64,000 nucleotides of DNA. It comes from the human T2T-CHM13v2.0 reference genome, Homo sapiens. This document shows positions 13,305-26,600 of this stretch, in pieces (position 1 is the first letter of the stretch; each line of letters opens with the position of its first letter). Where the stretch lies: assembly GCF_009914755.1 (NCBI RefSeq), contig NC_060933.1. The stretch is one strand, 5' to 3'. Made by a program: the position numbers and the translations under genes. The notes beneath the pieces were generated by a model that saw nothing but the letters and a program-made list of their open reading frames with translations, was not told the origin of the DNA and searched no databases.

Positions 13305-13400
13305 TATTAATTAGTTTAACCCTCCCAAGGGCCTGGTGAGGGTGGGTCATTTTTTATCCCCATTTTACGGTTGAGACAGGTGAGGCAGACAGAAGCCTGC
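13305..13400 (-). mobile_element. MIR fragment
   Basis: tatccccattttacggttgagacaggtgaggc. Confidence 0.7.
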
Positions 13401-14084
13401 AGGTCTTCAAGATCCTAGGCAGCAGGGCTATATTTTGTAACAGATTTCCTGGCTCCTGCCTGCCTTCTGTGAGGGATACAGCAATTGCAACGTTCATTTA
13501 TTTTCTGCTGCACTTTGAGGCAAGAAACTTTTCTACTTGAGTTCTGATGTGAGTGACTAAGAGAAGCATGTAGAAACATTAGTTCTTCTAGGTTCTCCCA
13601 TACACAGGGAGAATTGAATTCGTATTTGAGGAAATGAGTTCTAACTTGGGAAAATTTGAAATCCATCATTTTCTTTAGAAATGGCACAGTGCCCTGGAAC
13701 AACAAGAATTTTCTGCCTGGTTCCAAGTTCCAAATGAGATTAACTTGAGAACTCCTGTGAGAGTCTCACACTCAGAGGATCCCCACGACTGACCTACATT
13801 CTCTGGACAAATTCCAGTAGAACTATGTTTCTTGATCATCTTGATGGACTTGTTTTGAAAATGAGTGAAGTATCCTTATACAAAGAAAAATGAAAATGTA
13901 ATATTTGCCTGCTTGGGTTTTGCAAAAAGGCATATGAACTCAAACGGGTAGCGAGGTGAAGCAGGAAACACCACAGAAGCCTGAGAAGAGGGAAAATCCT
14001 TCAACCGTGGGATAAAGGCAGAGGAGTGAGATCAGTCTTCTGTCTTTCCATCCTGTAGTGGGCAATGTCTCTTGACCCATGGCA

Positions 14085-14200
14085 TACGAGCATGCGTCTC
14101 TCATTTAATTCTTACAACCCAGTGACGAAGGTACCCCTTACAAATGAAGAAACTAGGGTTTAGATAGTTTGTTTTAACATTTCCAAAGTTCATGCTATGG
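14085..14200 (-). mobile_element. MIR fragment
   Basis: tcatttaattcttacaacc...ttacaaatgaagaaactagg. Confidence 0.7.
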
Positions 14201-14709
14201 GACATGAACATGTGCATTAGGAAGCCACAGGAGAATAATGACCTGTGTTCTATTATCCTTCGTGTTAAGCTCTTCTTTCATGACCCCCTCCCCTCTTTCC
14301 TCCTCCCGCTGGCTCTTGGTTCTTTATGACTTGCTTTCCCAAGCCTAGAACAAGTTCTTTCCTCATTCATTCAGGTAATCTAGTGCCATTATCACAAAAC
14401 CAACGCCATGTTCCACAGTTCAAAGACAGTTTCAATAAAGTACAGGTAGAGAGAAAGCTTCTGCTACAACATTCAGTTCTTTTTGGCCTCAATCCTTGAA
14501 AATAGATTTCTTCATCGTTTTTTCCAGAGACAGTGTAATGGCTGATGGCTATGTTAGGATCTATTAGAGGCTAAGGGGCTGAGATCAAAGGCTATGTTCT
14601 TGTGAAGCCTACACTGCCACACCCAAATACCCAATTCATGAGCTCCCTTGACTGGAGGCTCAGTACACTTGATTCACTGATGAATTAAATAGGTAAGGGT
14701 GTGCACTAG

Positions 14710-15090
14710 TGTCATTTCCTATGCATGTCTGGAACCCTCTTCCTTCAGACCTTCACACAACATTCTGTGTCTCTTCATTCAAGCCTTGGTTGAAATGTTA
14801 GCTTCTCTCCTGAGCTAAGATCGACCTTAAGTTCAACCTTCCTCACAGTCACCTGATTGTAATTCTTTCACTAGGACATTGGCTCTCTGATATTTTTCTT
14901 GTGGATTTAATTATTTGTTCATTGTCTATCAACCCTGCTGAACTCTAAGCTTTGTGTTTATTGTCTATCAACCCTGTTAAACTCGAAGCAAAGAATCCCT
15001 CTCACTTGTGTCACCAGATTCTCCTGTGCCCAACACAGTGTTTGGCACTGGAGAGACACTCAGAATATGTTTGACAAATGGATGAATGAA
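14710..15090 (+). mobile_element. L2 3' end, containing a ~38-bp tandem duplication at 14914-14989
   Basis: ctggaaccctcttcc...acagtgtttggcac...atgaatgaa. Confidence 0.8.
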
Positions 15091-15483
15091 TCTTAGTCCC
15101 TGTGGCAATTCAGCCTTAGCAATCTATGAAGGCTGACACCTTGTCAGGCTTTTTTAAATAAAAAGAAATAACAGATGAGCTCGAGCATCATGGAGACTTC
15201 CTGCCTAAGTGATGTGCTTCCCTCAGGGATGTATCTAGGCAGAAGCAGTGAATAGAAAAAATGAATTTTTCAGTTATGCTTTCATCCTGCTGTTATGGCA
15301 CCCCCAACTGTCCTTGTCTGCTGGTTCGAATGAGTGTTCCACTGGGAAAACAGATTTATTTCCCAGAAACAGGATAGCATTTTCTTCTTTTGACAAATCT
15401 AGAAAGCAATTCCTGCAGCAAAGAAAAGATATATAACATGCAGATACTAAATTCCAAGACACTGCCCAGTCATGAGTAAGAAG

Positions 15484-15550
15484 GTGTGTGTGTGTGTCTG
15501 TCTGTCTGTCTGTGTCAGAGAGAGAGAGAAAGAGAGAGAGACAGAGAGAA
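15484..15550 (+). repeat. Compound microsatellite (GT)n(CTGT)n(GA)n
   Basis: Read directly. Confidence 0.93.
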
Positions 15551-15974
15551 ATCCTTAACTAATCTGTGGCTAGGTCTTCCCAGTCCCAGATGTTGAATTG
15601 GTTGAATGAATTGTTTAAACAATTGTCTTAATTCTCTTCCCTTCCCCTAAGACAAGCCACTGATACCTGGAACCCATCATGGTACTCAAACTTCAGGTAA
15701 CATGGAAAACACTCTCTCTCATCATCATGGATTTTTCTTTTAGGATCCCAAATAACACAGAACTCAGTGTGGAGCTCCCAAAGCAGTTGGGAAAAAGAAA
15801 GCCAATGAATGGATGTGAGTGGCTGGCCCTAATTTTCATGCATCCTTATGCAAATGCACAGTGTGTTGCATTTCTATACCTGCCTCTCTATGGAGGTGTG
15901 GGATAGCCAGTATTACAACCAAGAGTTTACATCTGTGTTCCCCAGGCCCACTTAAATAGAACCACAGCTACCAA

Positions 15975-16190
15975 TCACTGCCATTTATCATGGGCCCCTA
16001 CAATTTTTGCACACTTTACCTTGGTTCACACAACCACCCTCTGAGGTGAGTGACATCCCTTCTAGTTCACAAATGAGGAAGCAGAAGTTTCTGTTGGTTA
16101 AATGGTGTCTGCCTGACATCACACAGCTAGAAGTGGCAGGGCTGGGGCAGGAAGTCTTGTCATGGTGTCTATCCTGCCTCCCAAAGCACT
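15975..16190 (-). mobile_element. MIR
   Basis: caaatgaggaagcagaag...atcacacagctagaagtggcagggctggg. Confidence 0.8.
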
Positions 16191-16359
16191 GTCATTATTT
16201 TCAGATCCCTCTTAAAGTACTTATCACTCTTTCACTGTATTGGTATTCTTTCAGAACATATCTTTCCCCTCCTATTAGGCTCTAGAGGTTGGCATCCATA
16301 TCTCTTCCTTCTCTTCATCCCCTGTAGGGTCTTAGTGAAATGCTCTGCACATAACAAAC

Positions 16360-16579
16360 CAGGAACTGGACTAAGGTGAGGAAAATGAGGCATTCTCCTT
16401 GGGTGCAAAATTTAAGATGGTGCCAAAAATCAAATGATCAAGATAAATAATATTTTAATACACTATTTAAAAACTCAAAATTAATGCAAAAATTCCATGA
16501 TGAGCAAAATGACAAAATTTTAAATGAAAACAGAGATGGCTTCTGATCCTGCAGTTGGCTCACCCTAGTCCCAGTCCTG
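16360..16579 (+). mobile_element. MER96-family (hAT-Tip100) element inserted in an L2 remnant
   Basis: TIRs caggaactggactaaggtgag / ctcaccctagtcccagtcctg; internal gggtgcaaaatttaag...tcaagataaataatattttaat. Confidence 0.8.
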
Positions 16580-16753
16580 TAAAAAGCACTGAAAACTTGT
16601 CGAATGTATAGGTTGTAGAATTGGTGTTTGGCTCTCGTGAGCTAAACATGTGATTAAGTATCCAGTGAAATGCTGCCATTCAGAACTCATGGATGAATCA
16701 GGTGGACTAAAACCCTTGGCCTTTCCTGTTGTCCATCTGACCATGAAGATGTT

Positions 16754-16801
16754 GATTCAGCTGTAATGGGATTCAGCTGTAATGGGATTCAGCTGTAATG
16801 G
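16754..16801 (+). repeat. Perfect tandem repeat, 3 x GATTCAGCTGTAATGG (16 bp)
   Basis: Copies at 16754, 16770 and 16786. Confidence 0.97.
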
Positions 16802-17059
16802 TCACACCCAAGCCTTGAAGAATGGCCAGAGTCCAGCTTCCCTACCAGCCTGAGCAGCAGTCTACCCAATAGGGAGAGTTTTCTTAACAGAAGTTTAAAT
16901 TAAAAACTGCCATTGGTTGTCTAAGATTTTGAAATTTCTATGCTTGCTGTTTCATTTTGTCATTTTTCCTCTTTTCTGATTTTTTTTAATTTCAAAAAAT
17001 CAGAGTAGTTGTTTTGGAAGGATACACTTGGATACACTGATATATACATATGAGTTGTA

Positions 17060-17080
17060 TACACACACACACACACACAC
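17060..17080 (+). repeat. (AC)n microsatellite
   Basis: Read directly. Confidence 0.9.
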
Positions 17081-17659
17081 TATCTCTTTATATATTTATC
17101 TATGTCTCCTCTACCATTCCCAGCCCTCTACCAGGGCAATAGGAGCTCAGTAAATATTTTTGAGTTATTAATTGAAGGATCGTAAGAGATGAGCTATAGG
17201 AAAAAGAAAGTTTTTTAGGTTTGAGCATACTAAATCTATATCTAAGTCACCACCATAATTTATAGCTAACAAAAAGCTTTATACCAAACAAAAAGATCAG
17301 ATCAGCAGGTCTAATTTGCTTCCATTTAAACCCATTTTTCCATGCTGTTTTCATTGTTTGTATTTGGGACACTACTTAGCCAGATGAGGGAATCTGTAAG
17401 TGAAATGGACTTGCACTTCTGCAAGTTAGAGACAAGAAAAGCCCTCAGTGGTGTAACAGCCAGGAACTGGGCACAACAGTTTTTCTTCTTTCCTGTAAAT
17501 GTGGCCTTCTTAACTGGATCACCAGGGTTGGAGCTCTGGGTCTGGCTGTTGAAGAGAAGGAGCTATTTCCATCAGAATAAATTCTTCTACTGCCTAGGTG
17601 TACTCTATATAAACAGGCACAATCTACAAAAACTTAGCAGTTTTCAGCAAAAACGGATT

Positions 17660-18240
17660 TTTTTATTCATTCAACAAGTATCTACTGAGCATCTTCAGAT
17701 GCCAGGTGATGGGAACTCAACAGAGAGCAAAATAATAACATCTGTCTCACATGGAGCATCGGTTATGGTGAGGGGAACTTAAAATAAATGACTAGGCGTA
17801 ATTCTAGCATTTTGGGAGGCTGAGGTGGGTGGATCACCTGAGGTCAGGAGTTTGAGACCAGCCTGGCCAACATGGTGAACCCCGTCTGTACTATACATAC
17901 AAAAAGCAGCCAGGCGTGATGGCAGGCACCTGTAGTCCCGGCTACTTGGGAGACTGAGACAGGAGAATCACTTGAACCTGGGAGGTGGAGGCTGCAGAGC
18001 CGAGATCACGCCACTGCACTTCAGCCTGGGCAACAGAGTGAGACTCTGTCTCAAAAGAAAAAAAATAAATAGGCAAACAACAGTAAGATGAGCCAAGTGG
18101 TATAAGGTTCGTGGAGATGGAGAGAAATATGACAGCAAAAGGTAGCTGTTTTGGCTCAGGTGGGCAGGAAAAGATTCTCTAAAGAGGAAAGTGCTGAGCA
18201 GAGGCCTGAATGAGAGATGGAGTGAGCATAGTTCGTGATG
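17660..18240 (-). mobile_element. L2 fragment interrupted by an Alu
   Basis: attcattcaacaagtatctactgagca...; resumes after 18075. Confidence 0.7.
17798..18070 (+). mobile_element. AluS lacking about 25 nt at its 5' end
   Basis: gtaattctagcattttgggaggctgagg...gagactctgtctcaaaa. Confidence 0.95.
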
Positions 18241-18469
18241 TGCGTGTCCTTGTTCATCTTTGTAGTGCCTCATCCAATACTGGGCGCATAGTAGATGCTT
18301 GGGAAATATGTATTTAATAAGTAAATAAAAGAAAAATATAAGAACGTTATTTACTACTCTATTTCAGAACTAAGTATTTAGATAGACATCTTTTGAAAAT
18401 AATGTTAATTTATCTTATAACTTAATGTCTCTTCATTTACCATTAGATGTTAAAAGATAAAACAAGAAA

Positions 18470-18730
18470 GTGATAATAGTATTATTAAGAGTTATCACTG
18501 GAACCTACTTTGTGCCATACACTTGCTAGGCACTTTATTCTAATTATTTATAATCTGTTGAACAGATTACAAGCCTGTAATTAGGTATCATTATTATCAT
18601 TCCCATTTTACAGATAAGAAAATTGGGGCTCAAATAAGCTGCCTGAAGTGTATGTTTTTAAATATTGCATCTGGCATTTGTACCCAAGTGGGCTTCATTC
18701 CAAAGCCTGTTCTCTTTTAGATGTGCCACA
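18470..18730 (-). mobile_element. MIR
   Basis: cccattttacagataagaaaattggggctca. Confidence 0.8.
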
Positions 18731-18965
18731 CCACTGATTAAATGGAAGCCACCTGAAAAAATAAAATTTTACTGAAAAAGATCTTTATTGATTTTTGCTG
18801 AATTACAAAGGGATAAGCATTCTTTATTTTTTTAAAAAAAGAAGTGTATGAAGAATAAATCAAATGTGATTCTCACATCTCTACTGACAATAAGAAAACC
18901 TTTTCTTTATAAAAATGATGTATATATATATAATAATTTTAAAACAATATAAGGACATATGAATT

Positions 18966-19228
18966 TTTTTAAAATTTTTTTTCCATAGGTTATTGGGGAA
19001 CAGGTGGTGTTTGGTTACATGAGTAGGTTCTTTGGTGGTGATTTATGAGATCTTTGTGCCCCATCACCCGAGCAGTGTACACTGAACCCCATTTGTGGTC
19101 TTTTATCCCTTACCCCCTTTCCACCTGAGTCCCCAAAGTCCATTGTATCACTCTTATGCCTGTGCGTCCTTATAGCTTAGCTCCCCCATATGAATGAGAA
19201 TATACAATGTTCAGTTTTCCATTCTTTC
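18966..19228 (-). mobile_element. L1PB-type 3' end, 5'-truncated
   Basis: ccataggttattggggaacaggtggtgtttggttacatgagt...; TSD gga(c/t)atatgaatt at 18953-18965 and 19232-19244. Confidence 0.9.
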
Positions 19229-19366
19229 ACCGGATATATGAATTAAAATTTTAAAACTCCCTTCTTTTCCTCCAAATCCCAATCCCACTGTCTGTAAGGA
19301 ACCACTACAACCAATTTCTTGTGTAATTTCTGAAACTGCGTTTGCACTTGGAGACAAAGAGAAGGG

Positions 19367-19402
19367 GTGTGTGTGTGAGTCTGTGTGAGTGTGTGTGAGT
19401 GT
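19367..19402 (+). repeat. Imperfect (TG)n
   Basis: Read directly. Confidence 0.85.
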
Positions 19403-19539
19403 TTGTAATCCATCTTTAGGAAACAGCTTTTACAGATAATTTTCTGTTTCCATCCATGCCATGTGCCTCCAACTTCCTAAATGGCAAAAATTTTACTGCA
19501 TAACACATGTAAATGAGGAACTACAGAATGTGTATGCTG

Positions 19540-19700
19540 GAAGGTACTCCAAAGGCCTCTGAGCAGAACCCTCTAGTTGTCTAATGAGGAAACTGAGGTC
19601 CCAGAGAGTCAAATGACTTGTGTAAGGTAACACAATCAGTCCAGAGAGCAGCCAGCAGCCAGTCAGTAAGAAACCTGGGTTAGTAGTTTGTCTATATAAC
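19540..19700 (-). mobile_element. MIR/MIR3
   Basis: atgaggaaactgaggtcccagagagtcaaatgacttg. Confidence 0.8.
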
Positions 19701-20709
19701 CTCGTGCTACAAAACAAAACAAAGCAAAATAAAATCAAGAATATGCCAAGCCATTGTAACTTGAGTGGAATCAACATTCAAGAGCTTCATGTGAATTAAT
19801 ATTTAGGGAAAATACTTAATCTTAGCTCCATCTGTCTATATGAAATATAATGAAAGAATCAATCAGTAAAACCTCCCTCTGTCAAAATCACACAGGAAAC
19901 ATACTAGAGAAACGACTAACAGGGATTACGAGCTACTTATCCAAAAACCATGTGTATCGGTTTTCTAAATCTTGAAGGCAAGTGTAAAATAGAACCTTAT
20001 TATTGAAAACTCATTTTTGCCTTTGAAAAGGTGTTTTGTGGTGAACATTCTAGTACATTCAACTTCTCCATATTGATAAGATTTGCTATTTATGTTGCAC
20101 AAAATGTCACGGATTAAAATAAAATATATTCCAGCTTAAGAATCCCTCTTTCTGTCCAGAAAATCAAGAGTTTTGATGACTACTAATCTATCCATATGTA
20201 AATATTTGGGTAGTTTAAAATAGTATTTTAGTCTATTTTAAATGGCTTTGCTTTAGGAGATGCCTAAAGCACATTTCTATTCTGGTGGCTTTGAAAAATC
20301 CTAATTGGAAAAATGATGTAATTTTCATCTAAGAGAATAAACTGTGTCTCATCCAAGCAGGAGTCAAAACCCCACGTCCTTTTTTTTTTTTTTTAATACA
20401 TGGAGGCCCCTGAAAGTTAGAATAAGGCAGAAAAACCATGTAAAATTATGATGTTGCATTTTGATAGAAAACGTGTACTTCACTCCAATCCCTGGCCTGG
20501 TCATTGGGTTGAGACATTGAGTGGAGTACACTGTGTTTCTACCAAAATTATTTCACAATTTCACTTGTTATTTTTGTAACAATTACCAAAGCTCATGATT
20601 CTTACATTGCATAGCCCTAATGAACATTTTCCCATTGTTTTTTCCACCCTCCTATTCCTTGCATGTTTGCAGAAGTTTTAGTGGATGCCAAATGTTGTTC
20701 TTGAGCAAG

Positions 20710-21680
20710 TTTGTTTATTTAGTCATTTTTCCTTTCAAGAGAATCTATTGATACCCACAGTATTTCAAATCATAATGTAGGGCCTGGGATATAGTAGTGA
20801 ATGAAACAAAGTTCCGACTCTCCTGAAACTTATATTCTGGTAAGGGGAAACATGACATTCACAAACACATAAATAATCATATATGGTATCGTGTCCTATG
20901 AAAAATTAGGGTAAGAGGATAGGTATGAAGGAAGATTGGGGCAGTTCAGAAAGACCTCTGTCACAGCTCAGCAGAGACCCAAGGGAATGGGGCAGCCAGA
21001 CATGCGACTCTCCAGGTTCCAAGTGCTCCAGGCAGAGGGGAAAGCAAGGGCAAAATCCCTGAGGAAAGGGGGTGCTTGGTGAATATGAAGAACTGTCAAG
21101 AAGCCAGTGTGCCTGGAACAGAGTGAATAGGAGCAAGACAGAGTAGTAGAAAATGAAGCAAGAGGTAGCCAGGCCAGAGCACTTAGGAACTAACAGGATT
21201 TACCTGAATAAGTGGGAACTGGGTGACTTTGAGAAGAGGAAGGTCACGTCTCTTTTCCTTTTAGAAGAATCTCGCAGGCTGGTGTAGGTAGTATACTGTG
21301 CAAGGGCGAAGGGGAGGTAGGGGGGCAGCTAGAGGTTACAGTTCAGACAAGAGATCATAGTGGCTTAGGAAGGGTTACTGCAGGGCCATGGTGTATGATG
21401 GTACAGGTTGTTCGCTACCCAAAGGCATCTGGCTTTTCTCATCAAGCCAGGGGTTGTGCCAGCCAAAAGGAAAAGCTATCTTTTTCTAATTGGCATCCCA
21501 GAGTGGGGGTTTTTCTACAATTCATCTGTCTTTTGCTAAATTGCATGCTGGTGCTAAAAGTATGTACTAGCAATGGTGCTGATGGGTCACAGTAGAGATA
21601 AGTGGGAAGTGGTCTTATTAAGGATATATTTGAAGAATAAAGCCAATGGGATTTGCCGATAAAGTAACACATAAACAACT
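20710..21680 (-). mobile_element. L2, interrupted by MER91
   Basis: ctgggatatagtagtgaatgaaacaaa...aagccagtgtgcctggaacagagtga... Confidence 0.8.
21381..21580 (+). mobile_element. MER91-family (hAT-Tip100)
   Basis: cagggcc...gtacaggttgttcgct...aaaggcatctggct...tttttctaattggca. Confidence 0.6.
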
Positions 21681-21738
21681 CAATTAATAAATTAATGAAT
21701 TAAGTTCATCAATATCTGGGACCTCTGTCACTCCTCCT

Positions 21739-22150
21739 TGTTGCAGGTGGGTTCCCTAGAAGCAAACCCCAAGGAGATTAGCAAGTAGGAAGTTTATGAG
21801 AGGGTGCTCCTGGGATCAACACCTGAGGAAGAGAAAGGGAAGAATCAGGACTGGACAGAGGTAGAAATTGTGTGGCAATGCAACCTCAGTGAAGGCCTCA
21901 GCCTACTTCATGGATGTTCTAGCTCCGGGATGACACTTTTGTGTTTTTCCAAGTCGGGGAAAGAGGGTTAAACCCTGTGTCTAGTATCCAGAAAAAGGCA
22001 TGTGATCTTGGATGTGCCAGCTATTTTCACTGAAGGCATTCCCCAGAGAGGGCTGACCAGGGGAGGCTGCTTTCCAGTGGCTGTCCCACCATCTGGAGTA
22101 ATAAGCCCTTCAGTCCTGAAGAGGGATCTGCAGCACAGCATCTCCACATC
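21739..22150 (-). mobile_element. ERVL solo LTR (LTR16-like)
   Basis: tgcaggtgggttccctagaagcaaacccc...gggatcaacacctgaggaagagaaagggaagaatcaggactggacagagg...tccaca. Confidence 0.7.
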
Positions 22151-22669
22151 CCATGGAGGGACACTCCCTGTCCCTCATCTGTGGCATAGATATTGTCAGG
22201 ATACTCTTTTCTGCTTGCTCAGATACAGCTTCCAGTAGATTTCCGGGCAGCTACCAACAATCCCATCAAATGGCTCTGCAGTGGAACTCATTTACCTTAC
22301 ACATTTTAGGAAAAAGGTTGCCCATATCCCTACCTTCAGCAAAGTTATCAAGTACAGGACAAAAAGTGTACAGTGAGCAAAAAGTAATTGATTCCAAGCT
22401 CTTTCATCTGAAAAGGAGCTCAGGTGATCCTAGGGGCCAGTCATTGGCTGGTATGATCTTACATGTGTTTATTATCTAAGGATAGGATCTTTCAGTTCGG
22501 TGATGTAAGTGGGAGATGCAGCTCATTTGGATAATTTAAGAAAATCACATTGTTTATGAGGAAAACATCTCTTAGACACTCTTTCTAGGTGCAATAGGCC
22601 TGCCTGCCAGTATGGCCCACCAGTGTGGTGTTGCCATGACAAAAACTCCTCATTGAGTCACTAGATCAG

Positions 22670-22900
22670 AGAAGCAGACCTCAGTGTGCCACCTTGGGCA
22701 GCCCCATGCAGGTCTGAATGTGCTGAGCCATGTGATCTTATACAAGGACTTGTCTACATTTTATTTTCAACATCTTTAAAATGAAGAGAATCCCTAATCT
22801 GTGTATCCCATAAAGAGTCCTGTGTGGCTCAAATGAACTCGTCTGAGCTGATACAAATTACAAACTTTAAAGCATGCTACCATCGTGAGCTGGTATAGGA
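22670..22900 (+). mobile_element. MIR
   Basis: ccatgtgatctta...catctttaaaatgaag...tgtgtggctcaaatga. Confidence 0.55.
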
Positions 22901-23220
22901 CTTATAAAGAGAATCCAGAGAAGAGTTAAGCTTGATGGTTTTGACATCTCAAAAGTATGAGAGACTATAAAAATATTTATTTTGGTTAGCTTGTGAAATA
23001 GGCAAAGGGCTATTTTATGAGTATTCTGGGCACAGATGCTACTTCTTAAAAGGCACGATAATCACTCTGCATCTAGAGTAGCCTGTATTTGAGGCACAGC
23101 CTGGAGTTGGGGATCAAGTGCAACAGCATTTATTGAGCACCTCCTCTGTGGGGGTAGGGAGCACTGGGCTGGATAGGATTCAATGACAGTGGAGGCAGGG
23201 ACCTTTTCTTCAAAAGACTA

Positions 23221-23646
<426 letters not shown>

Positions 23647-26600
23647 TTATTAGGGGACAGAGGACAGCAGAAAAGTTTTCTTAAAGAGGTAGACATTACA
23701 ATGCTGTAATGAATGGGTATGATTTAAAAGTTAGGTAAAGCAAGGCAGATATAAGGCAAAGCCTCAAAAATAGGTAACAAAATTTATTCCAATAAAAGAA
23801 TGGTTCAATGTGATTGCAGCAAACAACAGTGTGGAAGAATTTGCTATTGCTTGGAAGGGGCAGAACCCGGTAGAAGGATTGTGTGTGCACAAGAGAGGAA
23901 TAAGCTGAGGAAACCCGAGATTCAGCCTTGGCTTATGAATCCCCTGGACAGTACCTTCTCTTTCTGTCACAGATTTTTCATCTCATGTGTGCCATTTCAG
24001 TTGCATGCACACCAAAAGAGTTATTATTCTTGTTGTTCCTGTTTTGTTTTTCTGTTAACATAGTTATTACTTTCCTGGTCAAGTGTAAAGAGCCACATGA
24101 TTATTAATAGTAATTATATTTATTATAGCCACAGGTATTTTAAGTGTTTCTCAAATTATAGCACAACTTTCTTATGCAGCTGTTATCTCCACCTGCTTTG
24201 TTGGCTAACGTAATGTTAACATAAGCCTCAGGAGCCTCAAAGTTTTTGTGTATCAAACAGCCAAGGCTTGTCATTGTAAACACTTTATAGACGATAGGGT
24301 CAAAAGCAAATTTTTAAATATGCATAGTCTTTGGATAATTTATTTAGAATAGGATACCTGATAAGTTTTAACATTGAAAGCTACTTTGTTCCTTAATGGC
24401 TAGTAGAGGCTAAAAATAGTCCAAAGTTTGTTTCAAAATAGAAAAGGGAAAAGGTTCCAACTCCTGAGATGGAGAACTTTTTGAAGATGATTGTCAATAT
24501 TTAGCATTGGTCCCTATCCACACTTTAGCACCTGGGAGGGAATGGCTTTGCTTTCTGGAATTTCTTGCTCCTGAAGAGTTACAGGAAGAGTTGGAGAAGA
24601 ATTTCAGCCAGAAACATTTGTTCTTTTGGTTGTTCTCGCCTTGTTTCCTAGGACATCGTTTTCATGTCAGCATGATCTTGGCTGAAGAAGAATTTATTCC
24701 TCTTGACATATTCCTCAACTAAGAATAACAGTCTCAATGTGTCTTTTTGCAACCCTGCCTGAGACTGCTCCAAGATCCCACTCAGGGGGAGGTGTTTGCA
24801 AAAGGGATGAGCTGAACTTTGGAAATAGCGTAGGGTGAGTGAGGTTGTATTTTCACTGTGCATTGTTAGAAACCAACATACTATGTGGGAGATTCACTAA
24901 TACCTAAATCCTTCCTTGGCCAGTAACTCTGTGATTTCTTGAGCTTCCTAAGAAATATCCAGGCACAAAATGGGCATGGGCCTGACTGCTCCTTGGGAGG
25001 AGAAAAAGCAAGGTCTATCTTTATCCTATGGAAGACTGGTCCTGGACCTTTTCACTCCAGGCATGTGGAAAGAGAAAGAGAAAAAGGCTAACTCCATGTG
25101 GCCTTATAGACTTTTTAGCTCCACTGCTAAGAAAAGAAAATTTGGCTCAGTCCTTATCAACAGTTTGAGGAATCACCCTCTTTTTTGGAGAGCGGAGTTT
25201 CCTTATCTTAATCTGAGCCTATTGTTTTAAAGAAGTAAGGTAAAAGGTAGGGAGTTTGAGCCATCAGCTCTACAAAACCCCACTCACTGCAATGTAGTAT
25301 AAATATCTGTAGGTGTTGAGCAACATCCAGAGATTTGCATCATTGAATATGCATGGCTAAGCACATAGTAGGTGTTCAGTAACTTCCTACTAATTGAATG
25401 TTTGATTGATTAGAGAGACAAGAAGATCTTATAACAATATATTTCATCTATGATATAGTCTTGTGGCCTGCAAGTTGAGTACTGAATTATATTCAAACTT
25501 CAGTCTATTTTGGGTCCATCTTTATAGGTATTGATTTGTCATAGATCCTTGCCTACTGTACTTACTGTCTTATCCCATTTCTTATTTGCCTATTTTCCTA
25601 CATATATTCTATAGCAGAATATATTTTTCTGCCGTTTCTACAGTCAATTTTTTCCTCCCTCCTTTTTAAGGTAAATATTCTGAGATATAAATATATAACG
25701 TCACTAAAAAGTATTTCGATAAATAGTGTTGCTATTTGCAAGGCCTTCAAAAAATCATGATCAATTAAATATTTGCATATCAATGGTCATTTATTTATAC
25801 TAACCTTTTAATGCCAAATATCCACCGTCCAGAACTCTATAAACAGGAAATGAAAAAGGACCTAGTGGAATTCCTCCACAGACAGTTTTCAGAAGGTCAG
25901 AATGAGAGGCCTTTTTGGTACTGGTTTTGATAGAGTTAACTTGGATTGTGTTGGGTTAATAGTGTGTGCTTTACCATACGTTTTAAGTATCTATTCCTTG
26001 TAAGGAAGACCAACCGTGAGATGAAGGAAAACTCGAGAGTACTACTTGATTTACGTAAGATGTCATAGTTTCCTTTCACAAATCAGAAAATTCCCTGATT
26101 GAAGAGTCTGTGCTACAGCCCAGGGGTTCCAGAATTCAGAATTTACTCTATTTTTTTTCCATGCAAGTAGAAATAATTAGCTAAGGAACCAAGCATGAAT
26201 CATAAGTCTAGGGTTTTGGTGAAAATATTTTTATGATCTTCTAATTTCATAGGATTGAAATGACTGCTTATTTAACTTCTCTGAGCTGAATTGTCATATG
26301 CCTTACTTATTTCCCTGGATTGTGGTGAGGTTAATGAAGGCGGTGGAGACACAAAGTGTTTTGTGAACCTTAATATTCTATACATACGTGAGGTGTTATT
26401 TTTATTCTTATCAGTAAGATAAAGCCAAAGAAAGAGTTTGCATCATACAGCCTTTGGGTAATTTTTTACTTCTGCAGTGGTTGAAAGCATTTCCATTTGG
26501 GGAGTTGATGAGAAAGAGTATCAACAGCCAGCAATTCTGGAGAGAATGCACACAGACAATATTTAAAAAAAATTAATAAGTTGGGGGGCAGAGGGAGAGC

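Noticed and set aside
16754-16801. CRISPR-like array
   Set aside because: Units are directly adjacent with no spacers, and the DNA is eukaryotic.
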